Source: Bacillota bacterium
GTDB taxonomy: Bacteria > Bacillota > PH28-bin88
Assembly (NCBI GenBank): GCA_040757295.1
Contig: JBFLXH010000002.1
Span: 49,579-113,578, forward strand
Direction of reading: 5' to 3'
DNA: 64,000 bases
Shown: one piece after another, positions 52,919 through 64,000 of the stretch
Numbering within the stretch: position 1 is the stretch's first letter
Layout: every line of letters starts with the position of its first letter
Program-made: the position numbers and the translations under genes
Notes under the pieces: generated by a model
Databases searched by the model: none
The model's input: the letters and a program-made list of their open reading frames with translations, nothing else
What the model was told of the DNA's origin: nothing

Positions 52919-53761
52919 CTAGCCGCACTGGCATGCCTGGGCGGGCTTCTTGCTGCTGGCCATAAAGATCTCGATGGCCGCGGCTTTGCCGCAGCTGCTT
53001 TGGCCGCAACACCGGCAATCAAGAGCCTCAACTTTCGCCTCAATTAAGCCAGCATCCTGCATCCAGCATGCCACTTCTTCGGCCGTGAAACCCAGCCAAA
53101 TATCCGCCATTTCTTCCCGCATCCATTCATTGCTATGCTGGAAAAGGTCGGTGATTACCAATGTACCCCCGGGCTTTAAAACCCTTGCCATTTCCTGGAT
53201 AGCTATCGCGGGATCTTCCAAGTGGTGAAGGAACATATTTGCAAGCACTAGTTCAGAGGCGTTGTCAGAAACAGGCAATTCGTAGCCATCTCCCTCTAAA
53301 AACTTGATATTGGAAATACCCTCAAGTTTGGCAATCCTGGCGGCTTCTTTAAGCATTAGCTCTGAGTTGTCAACGGCAATCACCTTTTTTACCCGCGGGG
53401 CTATTGCCCTGGCCAAATAACCACTACCTGTGCCGACATCAATAACCTGCCATTCCTTCCCTAAGGGTACAGTTTCCAGTAGCCTTCTCTTAACTGATTC
53501 CCCGAAATACTCATCCTTCATATGTTCCCATTGAGGCGCGATCTGATTGAAGTAATCCTTTACCTGTACTTCTGCCAGGGAATAATCCCGGGAATCCCCG
53601 GTCCGCAGCCAGTCCATCAAGGCCTGCCGGCTAAACCGCCATTCTCGCCCGATTTTCCGCGCCGGTACCTTCTCTTCCTTCAAGGTCTTTAATAAGGTCT
53701 TGGGGGTCACCTGAAACAGCTGGCTTGCCTCCTCAAGGGTTAAAATTTCCTTTTCCATCAC
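52919..53761 (-). CDS. Excisionase-type HTH (HTH_17) fused to a class I SAM methyltransferase with Cys-rich C-terminus
   Basis: LTLEEA..L..VPARKIGREWRF; IDVGTGSG, AVDNS..ML, NMFLHH, RVLKPGG; CRCCGQSSC...CQCG. Confidence 0.85.
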   Translation of the reverse strand: MMEKEILTLEEASQLFQVTPKTLLKTLKEEKVPARKIGREWRFSRQALMDWLRTGDSRDYSLAEVQVKDYFNQIAPQWEHMKDEYFGESVKRRLLETVPLGKEWQVIDVGTGSGYLARAIAPRVKKVIAVDNSELMLKEAARIAKLEGISNIKFLEGDGYELPVSDNASELVLANMFLHHLEDPAIAIQEMARVLKPGGTLVITDLFQHSNEWMREEMADIWLGFTAEEVACWMQDAGLIEAKVEALDCRCCGQSSCGKAAAIEIFMASSKKPAQACQCG

Positions 53762-53959
53762 ATTACCTCCTTGTCATTTGATAATATTATATTCCTTTAA
53801 CAGCCAAGAAACAACTGCTAAATACAATTAAAGTAAATTAAAAGCCATTATTTCCAATGTTAAGGTAAGCAATACCTTGATTCCCCCTTGAAGGAAAAAC
53901 TGGAAGACTGGCGAAACTAAAGATGCCTATGACAGGCTTCTCCCGGAAATTCCCTTTAA

Positions 53960-55987
<2,028 letters not shown>

Positions 55988-56136
55988 TATTCAGCTGCAA
56001 TATGCAAAGCTACTGGCAGCCGCCGCAGCCGAAGTTTAAAAGAGGCTACCTCGCCTTGTATTCCAAGCTGGCAGCTTCGGCCGCCGAAGGAGCAATAATC
56101 AAGGGCTAAGCCTATCGAAGAGAGAAATCGGCATTA

Positions 56137-56168
56137 GGTACCAGTTTTGCAAACTGGTATCTTTTTTT
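56137..56168 (+). terminator. Intrinsic terminator after ligA
   Basis: GGTACCAGTTT-TGC-AAACTGGTATC followed by T7. Confidence 0.8.
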
Positions 56169-56171
56169 CGG

Positions 56172-56218
56172 TTGACAAGCCCTGATCCCTAAGCTAACAT
56201 TAAAACAGTTATTTGAAT
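56172..56218 (+). promoter_or_regulatory. cad promoter plus CadC-type operator
   Basis: TTGACA-17 nt-TAACAT; ATTAAAA-CAGTTA-TTTGAAT (56199-56218) resembles the ATTCAAA-N6-TTTGAAT CadC box. Confidence 0.7.
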
Positions 56219-56240
56219 ATTTTAATGAGGGGTGGGGCCG

Positions 56241-56615
56241 GTGAAAGAATGTCACCATGACGGCGGCGATGACCTTTGCCAGGTTTTTGAATACAATAAG
56301 GAAAAGGTCGAACGGCTGAAAGCTGAAGTTGAGTCGACTGAAGGTTTGGCCCAATTATTTAAGGCCCTGGCCGATGACACCAGGTTAAAAATAGTCTATG
56401 CCCTTTCCAGGGAGGAACTTTGTGTCTGTGATGTGGCCACAATCATCGGTTGTTCGGTGCAGACCGCGTCTCACCACTTAAGGCTTCTGCGGAATCTGGG
56501 CCTGGCCTCTTGCCGGAAGGATGGCAAACTGGTCCACTATTCTCTGAGGAGCCCGGCTATTGCTATGTTGCTTAACAAAGTCGCAACAGAATTCAAGGAG
56601 GATAATGTCAGGTGA
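56241..56615 (+). CDS. cadC: ArsR/SmtB metal-sensing repressor (CadC-like)
   Basis: FKALADDTRLKI, ELCVCDVA, SHHLRLL; N-terminal C/H ligands. Confidence 0.9.
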   Translation: MKECHHDGGDDLCQVFEYNKEKVERLKAEVESTEGLAQLFKALADDTRLKIVYALSREELCVCDVATIIGCSVQTASHHLRLLRNLGLASCRKDGKLVHYSLRSPAIAMLLNKVATEFKEDNVR

Positions 56616-58807
56616 AAGAAATAAGCAAAGGCATGGAGCCCGGGGCGGTGGTTTTCCATTTGACGGGCCTGACCTGAATAGACTGTGCTGAAAAGGTTGC
56701 CAAACGAGTGGCAACTCTCCCTGGCGTGACCAGGGCAGAACTAAACTTTGGGGCTGCCAAACTGAACGTTGCCGGCTCTTTTGACCCCGGCGCGGTAATT
56801 AAGGAAGCTGCTGCAGGGGGTCTGGGGGCCAGGCCGGCAGGAGAGGAAAATAATTCGTCCACCAGCTTGTGGCTCAAATACAGCCGGGTGATTATCCCCT
56901 CCCTTTCGGGCCTTTTAATTATTACTGCCTGGTTTTTCAAATGGTGGGGCTATGCCTCCCCGTTATTTCAAGCCGTATTCCTGGCGGCTATGGTTATTGG
57001 TGGTTATACCACCGGTCGAAAAGCTCTTTACAACCTATCTAAACTGCGTTTTGACATGAATGTGCTGATGGTGGTGGCTGTGGCCGGGGCGGTACTGCTT
57101 GGCGAGTGGACCGAAGGGGCCGTGGTAGCTTTCCTGTTTTCCGTCTCCGCCAGCCTCGAGGCCTATACCGTCAACAAGGCCCGGCAGGCCATCAAATCAC
57201 TAATGGACCTGGCTCCGAAAGAGGCCTTAGTCCGCCGTGGCGGCCAGCTGGTAATCCTGCCTGTGGAAGAAATACTGGTAGGAGATGTTATCCTGATCAA
57301 GCCAGGGGAGAAGATTCCTGTAGATGGAAAGGTCATTCTGGGTTATTCGGCAGTAAACCAGGCACCAATCACAGGAGAATCCGTCCCAGTGGAAAAAGGC
57401 CCGGAAGATCAGGTCTTTGCTGGAACAATCAACCACCACGGCCTGCTGGAAGTGGAAACAACCAAACTGGTGCAGGACACCACCTTGTCCAGGATTATCC
57501 ACATGGTGGAAGAGGCCCAGGCCAAAAAGGCTCCTACGCAGGCTTTTGTGGAGCGGTTTGCAGCTGTTTATACCCCAATTGTGCTGGTATTGGCAGCCGG
57601 AATAGTGCTGGTGCCGCCAATCTTCTTTAACCAGCCCTGGGCACCCTGGATCTACCGGGGACTGGCCCTGCTGGTGGTCTCCTGCCCCTGTGCCCTGGTG
57701 GTTTCAACTCCCGTGGCAATGGTCTCGGCCATCGGCAATGCGGCCCGCCACGGAGTACTGATTAAGGGCGGGGCCTACTTGGAACAGGCCGGTACCTTAA
57801 CAGCGGTTGCTTTTGACAAGACCGGCACCCTAACCAAGGGTAAGCCCCTTGTCACAGACCTGATTCCTGCCCCAGGTGTGGCCTCGGAAAAAGTTCTTAC
57901 CCTGGCTGCCAGCCTGGAGCAATTATCCCAGCACCCCTTGGCCAGGGCAGTCATGGCCAAAGCCGAGACCTGCCAAGTACAACCCTTGGCCGTGGATGAG
58001 TTAACCGATATCCCCGGGCAGGGCCTGGTTGGGCAAATTGAGGGTGTGGAGTACCGCTTAGGCAGCCCCTCTTCCCTGATCCAAGCAGGGGTAAAGCTGG
58101 ATGCCTTTAATGAGCAGCTTAATACCTTAATGGGAGGCGGTAAGACTGTCATGGTCTTAAGCGCCGCTGACCGGGTTCTTGGTATCATTGGCCTGGCTGA
58201 TGAAATGCGGCCTGGAGTCGGCAAAGTGGTTAAGAGCCTTAAAGATGCCGGGATAAAAACCACCATCATGTTGACCGGTGACCACCAGGCAACTGCCGAG
58301 GCCATCGCCAGCCAGACGGGAGTAAATGAGTTTATGGCTGGCCTATTGCCGGAAGATAAGGCTAATGCTGTCCATTCCCTGAGGCAGAAATACGGCAAAG
58401 TAGCAATGGTAGGAGATGGGATTAACGATACCCCGGCCATGGCGGCCGCTTCCCTGGGGATTGCCATGGGAGGATCGGGGGCAGACACGGCTCTGGAAAC
58501 AGCGGATATCGTCTTAATGGCCGATGACCTGTCCAAACTGCCCTTTACCATTAAATTGAGCAGGGCCGCTTTAGGGGTCATCAAGCAGAACATTGCTTTA
58601 GCCCTGGGGCTTAAGTTCCTGGCTGTAGCATTTGCCATTTTTGGATGGTTAACCCTATGGCTGGCGATTATGGCAGACATGGGGGCGTCCTTGTTAGTTA
58701 CCTTAAACGGTATCCGGCTCCTGAGAATGGGAGCCGAACCGGAGCAAGAAACCTGCTGTGGAGGTCATACCCACGCACCGGTACCAAAATGTGCCCGTAC
58801 CGGCTAA
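56612..58807 (+). CDS. cadA: P1B-2 heavy-metal (Zn/Cd/Pb) ATPase; in-frame TGA at 56675-56677 in the HMA motif (candidate selenocysteine)
   Basis: GTG overlapping the cadC stop after AAGGAGG; GLT*IDC HMA motif; TGES, SCPCAL, DKTGT, HP, GDGIND, ADMG. Confidence 0.88.
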
Positions 58808-58930
58808 ATTAAATTCTTCTGCCTTTACCTTGGCTTTGTCTATGTTTTCAAAAGGGGGGATGGACTGTACTCGGTTAAAATTACGGTATAAAATATATGT
58901 TACTTAATTAGAAGATTGGCAGGACTGGGT

Positions 58931-61069
58931 ATGGAATATTTAAGCGGTGTTGTTGAACGAATCACCTATGAAAACGAAGAAAACGGTTTCTGCGTCATAA
59001 AAATAAAATCCAAGGGTTTTTCTGACCTTGTTACGGTGGTAGGGAATCTTGCTGCTGTAAGTGTCGGGTCCATTGTTCGTTTAAAAGGCCAGTGGAAGGT
59101 CGATAGTAAATATGGAAGGCAGTTTGTAGCACAGGATTACCGGGAAACCATGCCCGCTACTATTGCGGGTATAGAAAAATATCTCGGAAGCGGGCTGATA
59201 AAGGGTATTGGTCCTGTGTATGCAAAAAGAATTGTGAACCATTTCAAGGAAGATACCTTGCGAATTCTGGAAGAGCAAGCAGATCGCCTTATGGAAGTTG
59301 AAGGAATTGGTCACAAGCGGTTGGAGATGATTAAAAAAGCATGGCAAGAACAGAAAGAAATCAAGAATGTCATGCTTTTTTTACAAAGTAACGGGGTTTC
59401 TACAGCTTATGCAGTAAAAATATATAAAACCTATGGCAATGATAGTATCGATATCGTGAAAGCCAATCCTTACAGGCTGGCAGATGATATTTGGGGTATT
59501 GGCTTCAAAACCGCCGATAAAATCGCTCAACAGATGGGATTTGCAAGGAATTCCTTTGAGCGCTGCCGCTCAGGGATTATTTATGTATTAAATGAGTTGT
59601 CCAACGAAGGCCATTGCTATGCCACCAGAGAGCAGCTTTTAAATGAGTCAGAGAAGATGCTGGAGCTTGAAAAACCTTTGATTGGTGAGACCCTTGAAAG
59701 AATGATTGCAGAAAAGACAGTCATAGCGGATGAAGAAAACGCTATTTTTCTTCCCCCCTTTTATCACAGTGAACTTGGCACGGCCAAAAGAATAAAGGAA
59801 ATTCTTGCGGTTAAAAGTCCTTACCAAACATTAGATGTTCAGGACGTAATAGAGGCAGTGGAGCAGGAAGAAGGCATCCTGTATGATGAGGTTCAGAGAG
59901 AAGCCGTCAGGACTGCCGCTGCTGCAAAGTTCATGGTTCTGACAGGTGGTCCGGGAACAGGTAAAACAACTACCACCCTTGCCATCATCAAGGTTTTCCA
60001 GCGCCTTGGCGCTAGGGTGTTGCTGGCAGCACCCACAGGCAGGGCGGCCAAAAGAATGTCGGAAGCCACTGGCATGGAAGCGAAAACAATCCACCGCCTG
60101 CTTGAGTACAAACCTCCTGAGGGCTATAAAAGGAATGCTGAAAATCCCTTGGAATGTGATGTTCTCATCATCGATGAAACTTCCATGGTCGATATTATTC
60201 TGATGTACAACTTGTTAAAGGCAGTAGCTGATAAAACAATCGTCATCCTGGTGGGTGATGTGGACCAGCTTCCTTCTGTGGGGCCAGGAAACGTGCTGAA
60301 GGATATCATTGATTCCGGCATTGTCAATGTGGTCAGGCTAACCAAAATATTCAGGCAGGCCCAGGGAAGTGCCATCATCACCAATGCCCATAAGATCAAC
60401 CGGGGAGAATTTCCCCAACTTAAAGGAGGAAAGTGCAGCGATTTTTTCTTTATCGAAGAGGAAGAACCGGCAAAAGCGGTACAAATCATCAGGGAGCTTT
60501 GCGCCAAGAGGCTCCCGGCATACTACAAGGTTGATCCTATAAAAGATATTCAGGTACTTTGTCCCATGCAGCGCGGAGAAACCGGCGCACATAATCTCAA
60601 CATGGTGCTGCAGGATGCGCTGAATAAATCGGAATTTTCCATCAGGTATGGCGGAACAGTTTTCAAACTTGGCGATAAAGTCATGCAGATAAAAAACAAT
60701 TATGATAAGAATGTGTTTAATGGAGATATTGGCAACATTACGCATATTGATCAGGAAGAAAGAAGGCTGGTTATCAATTTTGACGGAGAATTTGTGGAGT
60801 ATGACGCAACCGAGCTTGACGAAGTAGTGCTTGCCTATGCTACAACCGTACACAAGAGCCAGGGGAGCGAATATAAGATTGTGGTTGCTCCCTTCACAAT
60901 ACAGCATTACATGATGCTGAAGAGAAATCTGCTTTATACTTGCATTACAAGGGCTAAAAAATTAATGATTCTTGTAGGAACAAAAAAAGCAGTGGGAATG
61001 GCTGTAAGCAATAACAAGAGTATAAGACGCAATACCAAGCTTACTGAAAGGCTTTGCAATAGCAAATGA
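58931..61069 (+). CDS. recD2: RecD2-like ATP-dependent helicase
   Basis: GLIKGIGP, NPYRLA, TGGPGTGKTT, APTGRAAKR, DETSMVD, GDVDQLPSVGPG, HKSQGSE. Confidence 0.93.
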   Translation: MEYLSGVVERITYENEENGFCVIKIKSKGFSDLVTVVGNLAAVSVGSIVRLKGQWKVDSKYGRQFVAQDYRETMPATIAGIEKYLGSGLIKGIGPVYAKRIVNHFKEDTLRILEEQADRLMEVEGIGHKRLEMIKKAWQEQKEIKNVMLFLQSNGVSTAYAVKIYKTYGNDSIDIVKANPYRLADDIWGIGFKTADKIAQQMGFARNSFERCRSGIIYVLNELSNEGHCYATREQLLNESEKMLELEKPLIGETLERMIAEKTVIADEENAIFLPPFYHSELGTAKRIKEILAVKSPYQTLDVQDVIEAVEQEEGILYDEVQREAVRTAAAAKFMVLTGGPGTGKTTTTLAIIKVFQRLGARVLLAAPTGRAAKRMSEATGMEAKTIHRLLEYKPPEGYKRNAENPLECDVLIIDETSMVDIILMYNLLKAVADKTIVILVGDVDQLPSVGPGNVLKDIIDSGIVNVVRLTKIFRQAQGSAIITNAHKINRGEFPQLKGGKCSDFFFIEEEEPAKAVQIIRELCAKRLPAYYKVDPIKDIQVLCPMQRGETGAHNLNMVLQDALNKSEFSIRYGGTVFKLGDKVMQIKNNYDKNVFNGDIGNITHIDQEERRLVINFDGEFVEYDATELDEVVLAYATTVHKSQGSEYKIVVAPFTIQHYMMLKRNLLYTCITRAKKLMILVGTKKAVGMAVSNNKSIRRNTKLTERLCNSK

Positions 61070-61154
61070 CTGACGTTGTATGAAAACCTCCCACACACTA
61101 ACAAAACTTTCCTAGCAATTAAGATCTATTCTGTGCTTCTATTACATCGCACAC

Positions 61155-61283
61155 TGACCTATACCCGATTTTTCGGACACACAAGAGTGAGATAAAATAC
61201 TCTTGTGGAGGTCGAGAAAAATGGCAAAGACAGGAAAGCGGTATAACAAGGAATTCAAGGATAGCGTTATCCGACACCGGTAG
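61155..61283 (+). mobile_element. IS3-family left-end remnant (terminal IR plus first ~20 codons of OrfA)
   Basis: TGACCTATACCCGATTTTTCGGACAC end, hairpin ACAAGAGT..ACTCTTGT beside GGAGG, peptide MAKTGKRYNKEFKD then stop. Confidence 0.6.
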
Positions 61284-61481
61284 CTTACTTAAGACAATAC
61301 ATAGATTGTCAAGCAGTATAAAGGACAAGGAGAAATAATTCGTGAAGTTGTCAAGATTTCCGATTTGTTTATAGTAGTTATCATCTATATTTCAAGCAAT
61401 CCTGCGAAAAGGCGAGCAAATCACACTCAGTTGTGTCCGTTAAAGCGGGAAGGCCTCATTTTTCGACCGGGCGGTAATATA

Positions 61482-61550
61482 CTCCATGGCAACATGGCGG
61501 CAGTTTTCCGATTCCAGCCAGGCTTTCAATTCATCAAGCCCGGCAAGAAG
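61482..61550 (-). mobile_element. IS110-family transposase fragment
   Basis: Minus-strand peptide LLAGLDELKAWLESENCRHVAME, resembling the segment leading into the VAMESTG motif of DEDD transposases. Confidence 0.55.
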
Positions 61551-61621
61551 GGCGACATAAGGACAATCTTATGCCGGGCGTGAAATATGTTTGGAGGTTC
61601 TATTTCCTGCGAAGAGTGTGC

Positions 61622-62215
61622 TTATCTGTTGTGGCTGAAATGGCCTTCGTTGGGGATGGGGGCAATTGTGCTGACCCATCTGTTGGTGTAGTTAAAAAAG
61701 CCGGTGACAAAGGCAGCCTCCAATATCTCGTGATCATTAAAGCCTACCTCGCGAAGCTTGTCAACTTGCTTTGTATCAATCTCTCTGGGATATGCGGTCG
61801 CAAAATATGCATAATCGCACAGGGCACGTTGCTTCTCCGTTAGTTTGGCGCTGCGGTAATTGTATGTGAGTTTATCAACCAGAACGGGATCCCCTGTGAG
61901 TCCGCGCAGGGCATCGCTGTGGGTAGTGAGGCAATAACAGCAGTTGTTGGTAGCGGATACTACAAGTGCGATCATTTCCTTGTCGATATTACTCAGGTAA
62001 CAGGTTTCAGGCGTAAAAAGGGAAGCCTTAAAGTCCAGAAAACCTTTGAATTGCCATGCATTAAGAGGAAGAACCTTGAAGAGATTGTTAATAAAGCCCC
62101 AGTTTTCCATTTGGTATTTCATGTGTTTATCAAAAAGCTCCTGAAGCTCCTGTGGGATTTCTGAGGGATCAGGCTTCTGAAGATATGACAGTTGTTCAGA
62201 ATAAATTTCACTCAT
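61622..62215 (-). CDS. AhpD/CMD-family peroxidase-related enzyme
   Basis: EMIALVVSATNNCCYCLTTH, FFNYTNRW; ATG after GGGAGGGG. Confidence 0.85.
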   Translation of the reverse strand: MSEIYSEQLSYLQKPDPSEIPQELQELFDKHMKYQMENWGFINNLFKVLPLNAWQFKGFLDFKASLFTPETCYLSNIDKEMIALVVSATNNCCYCLTTHSDALRGLTGDPVLVDKLTYNYRSAKLTEKQRALCDYAYFATAYPREIDTKQVDKLREVGFNDHEILEAAFVTGFFNYTNRWVSTIAPIPNEGHFSHNR

Positions 62216-62433
62216 ACTTTTCCCCTCCCAATTAAATAAAACCTTGTACATTGTTGGTATTATTATACAAAAAGCAAGAAGGTTACGTCAACGAGGGATA
62301 TCGGCACAAGCCCGGTCTTTAGGCCAGGCGGCAATATGCTAATGGTTACTGTATCTGGTACAGGCGTTACGTTCAATAATTATTATTTATTGCCGTCGAT
62401 TAAAGGGTGAAGCCCACTATTTTGCCAATGTAT

Positions 62434-64000
62434 TTAATAAAAACGAGGATTCTTACCGGTTTTTCGAATATTAAAGCCTGCTTCGGCAATCATCTGGCGC
62501 AGGTTCAACATGTGGGCTGCCCCCACGAACACCGCACAGCCACCTTTGTCCAGAAATGGCAGCATGCGCTTGAAGAAAGTCTCGTCGCGGCGGTTAATAA
62601 CCATTTCAGTGCGCGAGGGGAACTCAGCCGAGGTGCCCAGCATGGCTTCCAGGTTGCCTTGGAGGTAGGCCTTTTCATGGCGAAGGGTGTAGGAGTTCCA
62701 CTTGTTGCAATCTCGGAAAAAGTTTAGTATGCGCTGGAATGGGATGCTCTCCAGGGTCTCGATTTGCTCGGCAATAGTTTCCATGCCGAATACTATCTTT
62801 CCCATATCCCGGGCCAAGTGCCACGCCTCCATATCCACGGACTGATCCCATCCCTTGCGCTGCAGGAAGGCGCACCACAAGAAGAAGAAAGCCAGCCAGG
62901 GCCGGGTTCTGGATAAATAATAACGCACGTCCGGGGCTTTTGGGTGTTCCACCCCTATAAGCTTGGCCCAAATTCCCCGGGGTCCGGAGACAACCTTTTC
63001 AAGCCGGCGGATCTCTTCCTCGCTCAAGGCTTCAATCAGGTTGGGGGTGTTGGGATCGGGTTTTTGCCCGGCTTCATTGACCTGTTCCATGCTCACCTGA
63101 TCCAAGGGACCTTCAAAAATAACCGTGTGAACATGGTTGAATAATTCCCGGAAGGAAGACTCAAAGCTGTAGCGAAAAAAGTGGGCTGTGCCGCCAATCC
63201 AGGACCGGCAACCGTTCTTCTCAATTTCCCATAGCATGGCAAAAGGCCTCTCTTTGGGGAGGCTATCCAGGTACTGCTGCTTGGTCATAGTTTTTTCCGA
63301 TGGGGGAGACAGCATCTGTAGAATTTCCTTTGCACTTAGCGGGTGTTCTTCCTTCCAAGCAGCCATTTCGTACGGCAGGGAAGGGGTGCCACCCCATTTG
63401 GATTTGAAGCGGCGGATGCCATCGTTGACACCAAGACCCAGGTGTAGGTAGCTCTTACCCTCCCGCCTTGCGATATGGATCATCTCCTTAAAAAGCAGGT
63501 CCGAGGCATAAGGGGTGTAATGAATGCGGGAATGGGCGCCGATTATGTAGCTGAGGAAATCTTTCGGCGCCAAGTCTAACAGGAGACACGCCGTTAGCTG
63601 CCCGTCTTTGGTCCATGCGTTAAGCAGGATTAGGTCGGAATTGGCGGGAAATACTGTTTCTGTCCGTTCATAGAGCCTGCGTACATTGGGGGGTAATGGT
63701 TCCCGCCCCACAAATTCGGCCCAAAGGCGCCGGTGGAAAAGGGTGAAAGTCTTTCCTTCCTCAACCTGCAGGGATGCGGCGGCACGGTTTGCCAGGCGTT
63801 CGAGACGGGCAGGTACTGGAGCATTAGCAGGTAGAACGTAATAATGATCCTGCTCCCGGCTGTGGGGCTGTAGTCTTTCCGGTAAAGAGGGTGAGATAGC
63901 CATGCAATCCTTTGCTTTTGTCTGGCTTACTGCTTCTATGAGTGCTTGGTCGAAGTCTCTTGGGTCGTAATCGCCTAAAATCGGATAGCCAACAGCCAGA
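62434..64000 (-). CDS. GNAT-like domain fused to a TraB/GumN-family domain; 5' end beyond the window
   Basis: Frame open to the window edge; LHLGLGVNDGIRRFKSKWG; LWEIEK..IGGTAH, VIFE, GMETIAEQ, RRD, FVGAAH. Confidence 0.75.
   Translation of the reverse strand, partial: LAVGYPILGDYDPRDFDQALIEAVSQTKAKDCMAISPSLPERLQPHSREQDHYYVLPANAPVPARLERLANRAAASLQVEEGKTFTLFHRRLWAEFVGREPLPPNVRRLYERTETVFPANSDLILLNAWTKDGQLTACLLLDLAPKDFLSYIIGAHSRIHYTPYASDLLFKEMIHIARREGKSYLHLGLGVNDGIRRFKSKWGGTPSLPYEMAAWKEEHPLSAKEILQMLSPPSEKTMTKQQYLDSLPKERPFAMLWEIEKNGCRSWIGGTAHFFRYSFESSFRELFNHVHTVIFEGPLDQVSMEQVNEAGQKPDPNTPNLIEALSEEEIRRLEKVVSGPRGIWAKLIGVEHPKAPDVRYYLSRTRPWLAFFFLWCAFLQRKGWDQSVDMEAWHLARDMGKIVFGMETIAEQIETLESIPFQRILNFFRDCNKWNSYTLRHEKAYLQGNLEAMLGTSAEFPSRTEMVINRRDETFFKRMLPFLDKGGCAVFVGAAHMLNLRQMIAEAGFNIRKTGKNPRFY

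Noticed and set aside
55988-56136. GC-rich partial inverted repeats after ligA (GCCGAAG / CTTCGGC)
   Set aside because: No second copy in the window and no match to an RNA family I recognise

Overview
64 kb from an anaerobic Firmicute (Clostridia, Peptococcaceae/Moorella-like by gene content; roughly 50% GC by eye). The backbone is the conserved Firmicute order pur operon (purK-E-B-C-S-Q-L-F-M-N-H-D), yerC/hisR, his operon, pcrA, ligA. Accessory blocks interrupt it: (i) an RpiR regulator, amidohydrolase and Opp/Dpp ABC transporter; (ii) a frameshifted polysaccharide deacetylase and a small Fe-S protein; (iii) a ~19 kb carboxylate/hydroxy-acid catabolic island (30.3-49.6 kb) with CitAB-type and GntR regulators, a Tct transporter, GlxK, GlcDF, LtaE, an orphan IlvC, and two tandem copies of an uncharacterised two-gene module (2x[4Fe-4S] protein plus a Cys/His-motif partner); (iv) a DUF5677-like gene and an HTH-methyltransferase fusion between pcrA and ligA; (v) cadC-cadA, recD2, IS scars, an AhpD-like gene and a GNAT-TraB fusion. 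Top observations: the duplicated Fe-S enzyme module; an in-frame TGA at the first Cys of the CadA metal-binding CxxC motif followed by a SECIS-like hairpin (candidate selenoprotein missed by the ORF track); and a modular structured repeat present twice, once filling a predicted 5' UTR. No rRNA, tRNA or CRISPR array was seen. All calls are by manual motif recognition; no database searches were run.
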